Shown here piece after piece: positions 30,859-41,104 of a DNA stretch of 64,000 nt. The notes below the pieces were generated by a model that worked only from the letters and a program-made list of their open reading frames with translations, was not told the DNA's origin and made no database searches. Origin of the DNA: Planctomycetota bacterium. Its GTDB lineage: Bacteria; Planctomycetota; GCA-002687715; CAIWVZ01. Each line of letters starts with the position of its first letter. Within the stretch, counting starts at the first letter, position 1. Location of the stretch: assembly GCA_044222185.1 (NCBI GenBank), contig JBGANV010000001.1:832001-896000 (forward strand). The letters are read 5' to 3'. The position numbers and the translations under genes were made by a program.

Positions 30859-31611
30859 ATGGGAAATCTCGAGAAGGCAGGCGTCCTCGTCGTGGTCGCC
30901 TTGCTGGCTGTCATCCTCGTCGTCGCTTTCATGAACAATCCCGAACCGGGCCCGAGCACACAGCTCGATGCTCACGCCAAGGGGCTGACGGCCGGTGCAG
31001 GCGACCTGGTCCAAAAACCGACGCCGTCACAGCCACAGGAAGCTCCGAAGACTGAGCCGAAGGTCAACACGCCGCCGACCGACCCCAACGGCGACGACGT
31101 GCTGCACCCGCGCGGCGGGAAGAAGCCCGTCACACAGGACGGCGATCGCAAGGTGGACGATGCGGCAAAGGGCGGACAGCCGCAGGCGAAATCCGATCCG
31201 AAGGAACACGAGTCGGGCACGCCGCCGACTGACCCCAATGGCGCGGGAAAGGGTGGAAAGGTCGAATCCCCGCCGGCGCCGGCAGCTGGGTCCGCCTACC
31301 CGAAGAAGGTGAAGGTCGGGGCGAAGGATGGCTCGCTCTGGGCGATTGCGGTGCGCGAATACGGCGCGAAGACCGGACCGAAGATGCTGAAGGCGATTCA
31401 GGCGGCGAACCCGAACGTCCGCCCGGACGCGATGAAAGTCGGGCAGGAACTGACGTTGCCGGCCCCGCCCGAAACAGCCGCCGCCCCGGAAGTGGCGAAG
31501 ACGGACGCGACGAAGCCCGAGAACTCGAAGACGACGTCCCGCGCCGCCGCGAAGAAGCCGGCCGGGACCAACGAGAACAAGCCGCGCCACCTGCCGTTCA
31601 CGCCGCACTGA
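30859..31611 (+). CDS. Membrane-anchored LysM peptidoglycan-binding protein
   Basis: N-terminal TM; P/K/D-rich linker with repeated TPPTDPNG; LysM 'VKVGAKDGSLWAIAVREYG..IQAANP..MKVGQELTLP'. Confidence 0.85.
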   Translation: MGNLEKAGVLVVVALLAVILVVAFMNNPEPGPSTQLDAHAKGLTAGAGDLVQKPTPSQPQEAPKTEPKVNTPPTDPNGDDVLHPRGGKKPVTQDGDRKVDDAAKGGQPQAKSDPKEHESGTPPTDPNGAGKGGKVESPPAPAAGSAYPKKVKVGAKDGSLWAIAVREYGAKTGPKMLKAIQAANPNVRPDAMKVGQELTLPAPPETAAAPEVAKTDATKPENSKTTSRAAAKKPAGTNENKPRHLPFTPH

Positions 31612-31656
31612 TCGATCGGATCCACCGGCGCCGCGTGGCACACACCACGATCGGAG

Positions 31657-31687
31657 AACGCGACCCCTCGGTCGCGTTTTTTCTTTT
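31657..31687 (+). terminator. Intrinsic terminator
   Basis: AACGCGACC-CCTC-GGTCGCGTT followed by a T-rich tract. Confidence 0.8.
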
Positions 31688-31847
31688 CCTCACGCGAGGT
31701 TCACGGCGCGGCCGGCTCGCGTGTGGTGGCCACCGATGATCTCGATCGGGCGGTTCGACCGACCTTGAAGGTGGCAGTGCACGTCGGGGGCCGATGCTCT
31801 GCGGCGGGCCTCGTCAGAAGCGCAGGCGTTCCCAGCCCCGGGCGCGA

Positions 31848-32948
31848 TCACAAGAGCGCATAGCGCGTGTCGCGTTGGCGCGCCGTCATTCCGGCCCGCT
31901 CGATGGCGCCGCGAAGCGCCGCCTCTTCCATGCAGCTGTACTTGGATCCGGCCTGCGAGACGACGTTCTCCTCCATCATGGTTCCGCCCATGTCGTCGCA
32001 GCCCCAATGGAGCGCGTCGCACGCGACGTCGAGCCCCATCGTCGGCCACGAGGCCTGGAAGTGCGGGATGTTGTCCAGGAACACGCGGGCGAACGCCGTG
32101 TGGCGGAGGTACTCCTCGGCAGTTCCACCGAGTCTCCATCCCTTGCGAATGCCGAAGACGTCCCCGTAGCGGCTCTCGTACTGGAGCGGCCACGACGCGA
32201 ACGCCGTGAACCCACGCCCGAAGCGCGAGAGCGACTCGTCCTGGCGGCGGCGGATGGCATCGAACGCGCGGATGCGATGCTCGGCATGTTCGCCGAAGCC
32301 GAACACCATGGTCACCGTCGTCGCGAGGTCGAGTTCGTGGGCTTCGCCCATGATCCGCAGCCAGGGCTCGGTGCGCGTCTTCTTGGGTGAGACGAGCTGG
32401 CGGATCTCGTCGTCGAGAATCTCGCCGCCGCCACCTGGGAGCCCCGCGAGCCCCGCACCCTTCATTCGCCGCAGGACGTCGAAGGTCGAGAGTCCTTCGA
32501 GCAGCGCCAGGTGCTCGATCTCCGATGGTGAGAACGCGTTGATCTCGATCGACGGGAACGACGCCGTCATCCAACGCAGCAGGTCCTCGTACCAACCGAT
32601 CCGTAGCGCCGGGTTGTGACCACCCTGCATCAGGATTCGGGTGCCGCGGCGCTCCACGAGTTCGGTGATCTTGTGCGCCAGTTCCTCACGCGACAGCACG
32701 TAGGACTCCGCGTGACCCGGCGGCCGGAAGAACTCACAGAACTTGCAGTCCGTGATGCAGACGTTGGTGTAGTTGATGTTCCGATCGACGAGGTAGGTGC
32801 CGACGCTCGGATCGCCGTGGCGGTTGCGCACGGCCACTGCGGCCTCTCGAAGCTTCACGGGGTCCGCATCGAGGTAGACGGGGAGGGCGTCCCTGGTATC
32901 CAGTCGGCCGCCACTCCTGACCTTCTCGAGCGCGCTCTCGGTGTTCAC
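31848..32948 (-). CDS. mqnC: Cyclic dehypoxanthinyl futalosine synthase (radical SAM, CofH/MqnC family)
   Basis: 'DRNINYTNVCITDCKFC', 'ILMQGGHNP', 'PGGGGEIL', 'DDMGGTMMEENVVS'. Confidence 0.88.
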   Translation of the reverse strand: MNTESALEKVRSGGRLDTRDALPVYLDADPVKLREAAVAVRNRHGDPSVGTYLVDRNINYTNVCITDCKFCEFFRPPGHAESYVLSREELAHKITELVERRGTRILMQGGHNPALRIGWYEDLLRWMTASFPSIEINAFSPSEIEHLALLEGLSTFDVLRRMKGAGLAGLPGGGGEILDDEIRQLVSPKKTRTEPWLRIMGEAHELDLATTVTMVFGFGEHAEHRIRAFDAIRRRQDESLSRFGRGFTAFASWPLQYESRYGDVFGIRKGWRLGGTAEEYLRHTAFARVFLDNIPHFQASWPTMGLDVACDALHWGCDDMGGTMMEENVVSQAGSKYSCMEEAALRGAIERAGMTARQRDTRYALL

Positions 32949-33074
32949 TCGCCAGCTCCCCAGACCTCGTCGTTTCAACGGCGCACGTGCGGGATCGCGA
33001 CGTCGTCGGTCGCCATGGTTAACACGCGATTCGCAGACGACGTAGGCCTCGCTCGGTGTGGGTGCGCGGGTAGC

Positions 33075-33803
33075 ATGCGCGCCGTGTACGGTCTCAAGGT
33101 CGACGGTGTCACGCGGGCCATTCGCCACGCGTCCGGTGAACTGGTCGTCGTCAAGGACGTCAGCTTCGTCGTTCCACCAGGGCACGTGATCGGCCTCACC
33201 GGGCCGACCGACGCGGGATATCGCGCGCTCTTGCGCGTCATTGCCGGCCTCGACGCGCGCTCCGCGGGAACGATCGAGCTTCTCCCCGCGCCCGGCGCCG
33301 CCGTTCCGCCGCCGTTCGGTTCGACTCTCTACCGGCAGGAGGTCCTCCACGCGCCCGCGATCCTTCCGCTGGTGGGATCCATGGGGCGCCAACTTCAGCT
33401 CCAACTGATCTCCCTCGCGGCATCGCGCCGGCGTCGCGTCCAGGCGATCGACGCGGCATCGCTACGACGCCTCGCGAGCGTGGACCCGCGGCGGGCGACG
33501 TCCGATCTCACCTTGGCCGAGCGGAGCCGGCTGGGCCTGGCGCTGGCGTGGTCACTTCGGCCCAGCCACGTGCTGGCCGAACTCGACGGGGTGTCGGCCG
33601 ACGATCGAGACCGAGCCGTCGATTTGCTGAGGCGCATGGCGGCAGCCGGCGTCGGTGTCGTCCTCGCCACGCAGGACGAGCCGTTGCTGGCGTCAGTCGC
33701 ATCCAGGATCCTCGTCTTCATGGACGGCGAGGTCGCTGCCGATGGCGCGCCCCTGGACGTGATCCCGGCCGCGGTTCGCGGACTCGCGCGGGGCGCGCCG
33801 TGA
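33075..33803 (+). CDS. Degenerate ABC-transporter ATPase-like protein (FetA/YbbL-like)
   Basis: 'VKDVSFVVPPGHVIGLTGPTDAGYRALLRVIAGL..SAGTI', 'LTLAERSRLGLA', 'VVLATQD..SRILVFMDGEV'; Walker A Lys, Walker B DE and switch His missing. Confidence 0.65.
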   Translation: MRAVYGLKVDGVTRAIRHASGELVVVKDVSFVVPPGHVIGLTGPTDAGYRALLRVIAGLDARSAGTIELLPAPGAAVPPPFGSTLYRQEVLHAPAILPLVGSMGRQLQLQLISLAASRRRRVQAIDAASLRRLASVDPRRATSDLTLAERSRLGLALAWSLRPSHVLAELDGVSADDRDRAVDLLRRMAAAGVGVVLATQDEPLLASVASRILVFMDGEVAADGAPLDVIPAAVRGLARGAP

Positions 33804-34474
33804 CGAGGGCAGCCTTCGGAATCGCCTCCGTCGCGTCGCTCCTCCTGGCCGGCGTCTTGGCGCTCGGCGTCCCACCGTGGTGCGCCGTCGTCGTCGCCAT
33901 GCTCGCTTCGGTCGTCGCGAGCGTGGCTGCACTGCGCGTCGACCGTCGGCGCGGGTCGTTCGCGACATTCGTCGGCGGCGTCGTCGCGGTCGTCGTCATG
34001 GTTGTCGCGGCGATCGTTCCCGCGACGGCGTCGTCGCCGATTGCCGCCAGCTTCACCCTCGGCTGCGCCTCGCTCTGGGTGGCCTGTCTGGAGTTGGCCG
34101 AGGTCTCGCGGCTGGTTCGGAACGCACGGGCGAAGGTCGAGGCCTGGCTCGCAGCGGGCGCGAGCCCCGGAGAGGCGCTCGTGAGAACCCGTCGCGTCGC
34201 ACGGAACGGACTCGGCGTCGCGGGGCTGGTGGTCCTCCCCGCGATCCTGACGCCATCGCACGTTGCGCCCGCGCTCGTCGGCCTTGCGCTTGCGGGGCTG
34301 GTGATCGCCATGTGGGTCGTGCGCGCCGCCGTGTTGTCGACCGACATGGCCGAGGGGCGGCTGCCCGACATACCGCCGCCCGAAGCAGGGACGGCCTTCC
34401 GCGTCACGCGTCCCGACCCGGAGGCTGGCCTGCGCCCGATCGTGTACGACCGCCGCCCGGGATCGCGAACCTGA
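33800..34474 (+). CDS. Divergent FetB/YbbM (UPF0014)-like membrane protein
   Basis: Several TMs; 'VEAWLAAGASPGEA' resembles the UPF0014 'E..LALGAS' motif; GTGA overlap with upstream gene. Confidence 0.5.
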   Translation: MTRAAFGIASVASLLLAGVLALGVPPWCAVVVAMLASVVASVAALRVDRRRGSFATFVGGVVAVVVMVVAAIVPATASSPIAASFTLGCASLWVACLELAEVSRLVRNARAKVEAWLAAGASPGEALVRTRRVARNGLGVAGLVVLPAILTPSHVAPALVGLALAGLVIAMWVVRAAVLSTDMAEGRLPDIPPPEAGTAFRVTRPDPEAGLRPIVYDRRPGSRT

Positions 34475-34553
34475 AACCCGGCTGGCCGCGCGCCTGACTG
34501 GATCGCCGGAGGGTTCTGGCATGAGCACGGGCGATGTGCTCCAATCCGGCACC

Positions 34554-36413
34554 ATGAAGCCCAGATCGCTCTTCGCCGCACTCTTCGTCGCCTCGGTTGC
34601 CGCCCCTCATTCGGTCGGGCAGTGGTCTTCGAATGCCGCCCAGAACCTGGCCGTGGCGAACCGCCCGAACGACCAGGCGGTTCCAAAGCTGGCGCGCACC
34701 GTCGACGGAGGCTGCTGGCTTTCGTGGTTCGACCACGGTGGCGCCAACTACGACGTCTACGTGCAGCGTCTCGATTCGAATGGCTACGAGCAGTTCCCTC
34801 ACAACGGCCTCCTCGTGAGCGCCAATCCCCAGAACACGTCGCTCGTGGACTGGGACCTGATCACCGACTCTCTCGGCAACGCCGTGCTGACGTTCACCGA
34901 CACTCGCGCCGGAGGTGACCTGGACGTCTATGCCTATCGCATCAGCCCGAGCGGGCAGTTCCTCTGGGGCGCGAATGGAGTCGCGCTGTCGAACGATTCG
35001 AACTTCGAGGCGAACCCCGTCGTCGCCGAGATGACCGACGGAAGCTTCGCCTTCGCGTGGTCACGATCCGTCACCGGGGCCGATGGCAGGCTCGTCATCC
35101 AGAGGCTGGACGGCGCGGGCGTCCCGCAGCTCGGCGCCGCGGGCATCGAGATCTTCGGTGCCGCCGGAGATGATCCCGGCTTCGTGCAGATCGCTCCGTC
35201 TCTCAACGGTGCGTTCATCCTGACGTGGATCCGCGACACGTTGCCGGCCACCTCGCTGAAACACCTGCACACGCAGAAGTATGACGCCGCGGGTGCACCA
35301 CAGTGGGGCGCATCGGCCCTCGTCGTCTACAACGCCGCGTCGCTGCCGATCGCGTTCAAGCCCGACATCCTGTCGGATGGCGCTGGCGGCGCCTACTACG
35401 CCTGGCACGCGAGCGTGGGCCTCTACTTCCAAGGGCGCGTGCAGCACGTGAACGCCGCTGGCACGGAAGTCTTCCCTCACAACGGGGTCGAGGTCTCGCT
35501 GGAGGCGAGCCGATCGGATTTCAACCCGTCCATGGCGCCGCTCGCGGGGACAGGCGATCTCATCGTCTTCTACAACAAGCGCAACCAGGGCCAGTCGCTG
35601 TGGGGCATCGGGGGGCAGCGGATCTCGCCGACCGGGCAGCTGCTTTGGGGCAACAACGGCATCGAGTTCGTGCCTCTCGACGCGACGACGGAGGAGGTCC
35701 CGAAGGCGGTGCCCTGCCAGAACGGCGCCATGTGCTTCGTCGAACAGGGAAACTTCACGACGACCCTCCTGGGGTTCAGGGTCGACGCAGCGGGCACCAT
35801 GCTGTGGGCTCCGACGGCGTCGCTGATCAGCTCCGTCGTGAGCCCGAAGGACAAGTTGCGCGCCGTGCAGGCGGCCGATGGCAAGGCGATCGTCGCGTGG
35901 AACGACGCACGGACGGACGTCAACGACGTGTACGCGCAGGCCGTGCAGCTCGACGGCACGTTGGGCATTCCGCCCGCGTTGGTCACGGCGTACGGGTGCG
36001 GCGTGAACCCGGCGAACTCGCTGGTCGTCGTTTCAGGCGCACCGTCACTCGGTACGACGGTGACGTTCGGCGTCGACGACCCCGGACTTTCGATGGCATC
36101 TGGATCGCTGCCAGTGCTGGCGATCGGTGGCGCTCCGATGCCCGGTTTCCCATGTGGACTCGTCCTCGGCAACGCGGGCCTCGCATCGGTGGGATCCAAC
36201 GGGGAACTCCTCGTCGATCTCAACAGTCTGGTCGTACCTCTGGTTTCGGGTCCTGCCTGGACCAACGGCGGCGGACCGGTGCCGTACCCTGTTGCGATCC
36301 CCGCGCTTCCAGCGATCCTCACACTGGTCGCCGAGTTGCAGGGTGCCTTGATCGATCCTGTTTCCGGGCGCGTGGGGCTCACGAACGGTCTACAGGTCCG
36401 CATCGGTCCGTGA
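34554..36413 (+). CDS. Secreted repeat (probable beta-propeller) protein with the shared C-terminal '..TNGL' domain
   Basis: Signal peptide ..SVG|Q; repeats of 'DVY.QR...G...W..NG'; C-terminal IPALPAIL..LQGALID..TNGLQVRIGP. Confidence 0.82.
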   Translation: MKPRSLFAALFVASVAAPHSVGQWSSNAAQNLAVANRPNDQAVPKLARTVDGGCWLSWFDHGGANYDVYVQRLDSNGYEQFPHNGLLVSANPQNTSLVDWDLITDSLGNAVLTFTDTRAGGDLDVYAYRISPSGQFLWGANGVALSNDSNFEANPVVAEMTDGSFAFAWSRSVTGADGRLVIQRLDGAGVPQLGAAGIEIFGAAGDDPGFVQIAPSLNGAFILTWIRDTLPATSLKHLHTQKYDAAGAPQWGASALVVYNAASLPIAFKPDILSDGAGGAYYAWHASVGLYFQGRVQHVNAAGTEVFPHNGVEVSLEASRSDFNPSMAPLAGTGDLIVFYNKRNQGQSLWGIGGQRISPTGQLLWGNNGIEFVPLDATTEEVPKAVPCQNGAMCFVEQGNFTTTLLGFRVDAAGTMLWAPTASLISSVVSPKDKLRAVQAADGKAIVAWNDARTDVNDVYAQAVQLDGTLGIPPALVTAYGCGVNPANSLVVVSGAPSLGTTVTFGVDDPGLSMASGSLPVLAIGGAPMPGFPCGLVLGNAGLASVGSNGELLVDLNSLVVPLVSGPAWTNGGGPVPYPVAIPALPAILTLVAELQGALIDPVSGRVGLTNGLQVRIGP

Positions 36414-36562
36414 CGAAAGCCAAGGCGGTCCGCGTCGCGTTTGGCGTCAGGATCGTCGCTGCTACGATCGCACCCCTGATCGTGGACGATCACCGATTGG
36501 ACCCTCACGCACGGCGGTCGATCGACTCCGCGATCATCGACGGAGTGACGAAGGAAAGACAC

Positions 36563-36886
36563 ATGGGCGCAGCCAAGAGCCTCACGGGTACGGAGTTCGA
36601 GAGCCTGCTGAAGACCACGACGACACCGATCCTCGTCGACTTCGGCGCCACATGGTGCGGTCCGTGCCAGTCGCTCGCTCCTCAGATCGACAAGATGGCG
36701 CAGGAATTCGCCGGTCAGGCCGTGATTGCGAAGGTGGACGTCGACCAGGAAGGTGACCTCGCCACGCGCTTCAACGTCCTGAGCGTCCCGACCGTCCTCT
36801 TCTTCAAGGGTGGGAAGAAGGTGGACAGCGTGGTGGGAAATCAGCCCGAGGTCATCCGGACGAAACTGCGCGCCCTCCTCGGCTGA
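36563..36886 (+). CDS. trxA: Thioredoxin
   Basis: 'VDFGATWCGPC', 107 aa, AAGGA RBS. Confidence 0.95.
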   Translation: MGAAKSLTGTEFESLLKTTTTPILVDFGATWCGPCQSLAPQIDKMAQEFAGQAVIAKVDVDQEGDLATRFNVLSVPTVLFFKGGKKVDSVVGNQPEVIRTKLRALLG

Positions 36887-36908
36887 TCCGCTCGCTGACG
36901 GCTTGATC

Positions 36909-37949
36909 GTGACAGCGGAAGTTTCCCTCGTTCGCGATCAGGTCGTCGAGAGACTGAAGAGTGCGACGCGCGTCGTCCTGACCACGCACATCACGCCGGA
37001 CGCAGACGGCCTCGGTTCGGCGCTTGCGCTCGCCCGCGTGTTGAACGCCATGGGCAAGCGCGCACGGATCATCAACTGCTCGTCGTCGCCGAAGGAGCTG
37101 CACTTCCTTTGCCGGCCCGGTGAGTACAACGTCTACTCCCGTGAGCGGCACGACGCCGAGATCCTCGATGCGGACGCCATCATCGCCACCGACATCGGCG
37201 GCGTCATGCGCCTCGGGAAGATGGAGCCGATCGTCCGGGCGACGAAGGCGACGCGGATCGTGATCGACCATCACGTGTACGAGAACGACATCTTCGACCT
37301 TCCGTACATCGTCATCGGCGCGTCGTCGTCGGCCGAGCTGACCTACGACCTGATCCGAGCCCTCGGTGCACCCGTCACGCGCCAGGTGGCCGAGCCGCTC
37401 TACTGCGGGATGATCGCCGACACCGGGAATTTTGCGTACGAAGCGACGAGCCCGAGGGCGCACCGCATAGCTGCCGAGCTGCTCGAGGTCGGGGTTCGTC
37501 CCCAGGAGATCTGGCGCCGGATGAACTGCCACAAGGCCCTGCTGAAGATGCGGGTCCTGGGCACGTTGCTCGCGGGGCTGAACGTCCTGATGGACGGCCG
37601 CGTCATCTGGGCCAAGGTCGATCTGCCGTTCCTCGCGCAGCACGGCGTCGAGCCACGGGATTGTTTCGAGATCGTGAATCACATGTGCCAGATCGACGAA
37701 GTGGAGGTCGGCCTCCTCTTCCTGCAACTCGGATCGGACAAGACCAAGGTCAGCCTGCGGTCGGCGGGGCACGTGGACGTGTGCGGGATCGCCGCTGGGT
37801 ACGGCGGGGGCGGTCACCGCTATGCTGCGGGCTGCACGGTCGATTCCGTGCCATTCGAAGATGCGATCGCGCGGGTCAACGGTGAGGTGATGCGCCTCGT
37901 CGAACACTGGGACTTGCGGGTCGAAAACGGTGAGAGCGTTCGCGGCTGA
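36909..37949 (+). CDS. nrnA: DHH/DHHA1 phosphoesterase (NrnA-like)
   Basis: 'HITPDADGLGS', 'IDHH', 'DTGNF', 'SLRS', 'GGGGHRYAAG'. Confidence 0.9.
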   Translation: MTAEVSLVRDQVVERLKSATRVVLTTHITPDADGLGSALALARVLNAMGKRARIINCSSSPKELHFLCRPGEYNVYSRERHDAEILDADAIIATDIGGVMRLGKMEPIVRATKATRIVIDHHVYENDIFDLPYIVIGASSSAELTYDLIRALGAPVTRQVAEPLYCGMIADTGNFAYEATSPRAHRIAAELLEVGVRPQEIWRRMNCHKALLKMRVLGTLLAGLNVLMDGRVIWAKVDLPFLAQHGVEPRDCFEIVNHMCQIDEVEVGLLFLQLGSDKTKVSLRSAGHVDVCGIAAGYGGGGHRYAAGCTVDSVPFEDAIARVNGEVMRLVEHWDLRVENGESVRG

Positions 37950-38003
37950 GAGTCGACGCCGCGCGAGCTCGCCGAGCCATCGGAGCGATTGGAAGAGGTG
38001 TCC

Positions 38004-39521
38004 ATGCCGACGCAGTTCATTGCGGATTGGGAACACGCGCTCGAGTCGGATGTCGTCGGCGTGATGATGCCGGCGACGGCTCTGAAGACCTTCACCCCGA
38101 GCCTCGTGGCGCTGGATCGCTGGCTGAATGGCTCGCTCAGGCGGCTTTTCGAGGACTCGGCGTTCAAGGCTGACGCGGAAAAGGTCGTCACGCATTTTCC
38201 TGCTCGGCTTCACGGTCCGAAGAAGATCGTCTTCGTCGGGATCGGGTCGCAGGGGACGCCGTCGGAGGAGACGGTTCGCCGCGCCGCCGCGCTGGTCACG
38301 AAGGCTGCGGGCGATGCCGCGTCGATCGCCATCGGGATCGACTTCGCCGGCATGGACGTGGCACGGGCGGCGGAGGCCGTCGTCCTCGGGCATCGCCTTG
38401 CTCGATACAAGTTCGACAGGTTCAAGCAGCGCCCCGGCGCGAAGCCGGCGCCGAAGAAGCCGCCAACGCTGACGCTCGTGACGTCCACCGCTGTGCAACG
38501 CGCCGTGGCCAGGAAGGGGGCGGCGACGGGTGAGGCCGTGGCCGAGGGCGTCGAGTGCGCGCGCGACCTGGCCAATCTCCCTGCCAATCACTGCACTCCG
38601 ACGATTCTCGCTCGGGAGGCCCGACGCGTCGCGCGAAACGGGGTGCGCTGCTCCGTCCTCGACGAGAAGCAGATGGCGCGCCTCGGGATGGGCAGCCTGC
38701 TGTCGGTCGCGCAGGGGAGTGATCAGCCACCGCGACTCATCGTCCTCGAATACGGGCGCAAGACCCCGGGGACGAAGACGGTCTGCATCCTCGGCAAGGC
38801 GATCACGTTCGACTCCGGCGGCATCTCCATCAAGCCCGCCCTGGAGATGGACAAGATGCGCTACGACAAGAGCGGAGGCTGTGCCGTGATCGGCATCTTC
38901 CGTTCGTTGTCCCGCTTGCGTCCCAATCTGCACGTCGTCGGACTCGTGCCCGCCTCGGAGAACATGACCGGCGGTTCGGCGACGAAGCCCGGCGACCTCG
39001 TCCGCGCGATGAACGGGAAGTCCATCGAGGTGCTGAACACGGACGCAGAGGGCCGCTTGGTGCTCGCCGACGCCCTCTGCTACGCGCACCGCTGGAAGCC
39101 CGACCACCTGATCGACATGGCCACGCTCACGGGCGCCTGCGTCATGACGTTCGCGTCCCACGTCAGTGCCATCGTCGGCACCGACGACGCGCTCATTCGC
39201 GAGCTCTTCGCATGCGGCGAGGCGACGGGTGAGCGCCTCTGGCAGCTGCCTCTCTACGAGGAATACGAGCAGATGGTGCGCGGGGCGTACGGAGACCTGA
39301 AGAACATCGGCGGGCCGAAGGGCGGAACGATCACCGCGGCGGCGTTCTTGAAGTCCTTCACGGACGGGCGCTCGTGGGCCCACCTGGACATCGCCGGCAC
39401 GGCCTACGACGATCCGAGCCGCCCGTACAATCTGGGCAGCGGCGCCACCGGCGTCGGTGTGCGCCTCCTGACGAGGTATCTGATGGACACCGCGACGAAG
39501 CGGGAGCGGGCAAGGAAGTGA
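38004..39521 (+). CDS. pepA: Leucyl aminopeptidase (M17)
   Basis: 'GKAITFDSGGISIK', 'MRYDKSG', 'NTDAEGRLVLAD', 'ATLTGA', 'WAHLDIAG'. Confidence 0.96.
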   Translation: MPTQFIADWEHALESDVVGVMMPATALKTFTPSLVALDRWLNGSLRRLFEDSAFKADAEKVVTHFPARLHGPKKIVFVGIGSQGTPSEETVRRAAALVTKAAGDAASIAIGIDFAGMDVARAAEAVVLGHRLARYKFDRFKQRPGAKPAPKKPPTLTLVTSTAVQRAVARKGAATGEAVAEGVECARDLANLPANHCTPTILAREARRVARNGVRCSVLDEKQMARLGMGSLLSVAQGSDQPPRLIVLEYGRKTPGTKTVCILGKAITFDSGGISIKPALEMDKMRYDKSGGCAVIGIFRSLSRLRPNLHVVGLVPASENMTGGSATKPGDLVRAMNGKSIEVLNTDAEGRLVLADALCYAHRWKPDHLIDMATLTGACVMTFASHVSAIVGTDDALIRELFACGEATGERLWQLPLYEEYEQMVRGAYGDLKNIGGPKGGTITAAAFLKSFTDGRSWAHLDIAGTAYDDPSRPYNLGSGATGVGVRLLTRYLMDTATKRERARK

Positions 39522-39527
39522 CCGCGG

Positions 39528-40232
39528 GTGATTGATCCGTCGATCCAACACTCGAAATCGCAGCCCGAGCCGGGTGCCGTGCTCACGGTGCCCCTGTTCC
39601 CGCTGCCGTCGATCGTGATGTTCCCGAGGATCAAGCTGCCCCTCTACATCTTCGAGCCGCGCTATCGGGCCTTGCTCACACATGCGCTTGACGGTGATGG
39701 CCTCGTGGGGATCCCGCTCCTCCTACCGGGGTTCGAACGCAACTACGCCGGCTCCCCGGAAGTCACGAACGTCTTCGGGGTCGGCACGATCGAGGACTAC
39801 GAGACCCACGACGACGGGACGAGCAACATCGAGATCCTCGGGCGCTGGCGCGTCCGCACGTTGGAGGAACTCGAAAGCTCGCCGTTCCGGATGGCGCGCG
39901 TCGAGGTCCTCGCCGACGTGGTGCCCGACGCCGAGGTGTCCGCGCAGCTGCATCGACATCTGCGGGACGCGCTGGACGGACTGGAGCGGCTCGGAGTACG
40001 GCCCGAGGCGAAGGAAGCGCTGCAGCGCGTTTTTCGAGATGGCGCCAGCGACGTTGCGTTCCTCGTCCACATGCTCACGACCGTGATCGTGGGCAACCCG
40101 GGCGTCCGTCAGAAGATCCTCGAGGAGAACTGCCTCGCGGCCCGCGCCCGACACCTCGTGACGATCATCGAAACACTGCGGCAGGAGCTGGAGCGCCCTT
40201 CGGGTCGCCCGGAACCGGAAGCCGAGGATTGA
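39528..40232 (+). CDS. Lon N-terminal substrate-binding domain protein
   Basis: 'PLFPLPSIVMFP..LPLYIFEPRYR'. Confidence 0.9.
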   Translation: MIDPSIQHSKSQPEPGAVLTVPLFPLPSIVMFPRIKLPLYIFEPRYRALLTHALDGDGLVGIPLLLPGFERNYAGSPEVTNVFGVGTIEDYETHDDGTSNIEILGRWRVRTLEELESSPFRMARVEVLADVVPDAEVSAQLHRHLRDALDGLERLGVRPEAKEALQRVFRDGASDVAFLVHMLTTVIVGNPGVRQKILEENCLAARARHLVTIIETLRQELERPSGRPEPEAED

Positions 40233-40236
40233 ACCC

Positions 40237-41040
40237 ATGCGCATCTTCGAACCCCACATCCACATGGTCTCCCGCATCACCGACGACTATGAAGCCATGG
40301 CGAACGCCGGCGTCGAACTCGTACTCGAGCCCGCGTTCTGGCTGGGGCAGCCGCGGACCCGGATCGGGAGCTTCATCGACTACTTCGAGCATCTCCTCGG
40401 CTTCGAGGTGACGCGGGCGCGGCAGTACAACATCCAACACGTCTGCACGCTGTCACTGAACCCGCGCGAAGCGAACAATCGCCCGCTCGCGGAGGAGGTC
40501 CTGGCGATCCTGCCAGGCTACCTCTCTCGCGATCGCGTCGTGGGTGTCGGAGAGATCGGCTTCGACGACATCACGGAGGCGGAAACGGAGATGATGCGTC
40601 GCCAGCTCGTGATGGCGATGCAGGCGGGACTGCCGGCGCTCGTCCACACCCCGCATCGCAAGAAGGCCTTCGGGACGCAGCGGACCATCGACGTCTGTCG
40701 CGAGGTGAACTTCCCGTTCGACAAGCTTCTGCTCGATCACGCGACCGAGGAGACGATCAAGATGATCCTCGACTCCGGCGCGTGGGCCGGGTTCACCATC
40801 TACCCGCACACGAAACTGACGCCCGAGCGCGCGGCGAACATGGTCTTCGCGCATGGCGTCGAGCGGATGATGATCAACAGCAGCGCCGACTGGGGGATCT
40901 CGACGGTGATGTCCGTGCCCGCCACGATCGTCGAACTGCGGCGCCGCGGCATGTCGGCTGGCGACATCCAACGGCTCGTCTGGGACAACCCGTACGGCTT
41001 CTACAACGTGACGGGTCGGCTGTCGGCGATCATCTGCTGA
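40237..41040 (+). CDS. TatD-family hydrolase, EboB-like
   Basis: 'PHIHMVSRITDDYEAM', 'EPAFWLGQPRT', 'LNPREAN', 'VGEIG', 'HTPH', 'NSSADWG'. Confidence 0.85.
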   Translation: MRIFEPHIHMVSRITDDYEAMANAGVELVLEPAFWLGQPRTRIGSFIDYFEHLLGFEVTRARQYNIQHVCTLSLNPREANNRPLAEEVLAILPGYLSRDRVVGVGEIGFDDITEAETEMMRRQLVMAMQAGLPALVHTPHRKKAFGTQRTIDVCREVNFPFDKLLLDHATEETIKMILDSGAWAGFTIYPHTKLTPERAANMVFAHGVERMMINSSADWGISTVMSVPATIVELRRRGMSAGDIQRLVWDNPYGFYNVTGRLSAIIC

Positions 41041-41104
41041 GCCTGAGACGAACACGGGCCGGCCGCGCGAACGCGGACCGGCCCGATGGCGCGGACGAGG
41101 TGGA

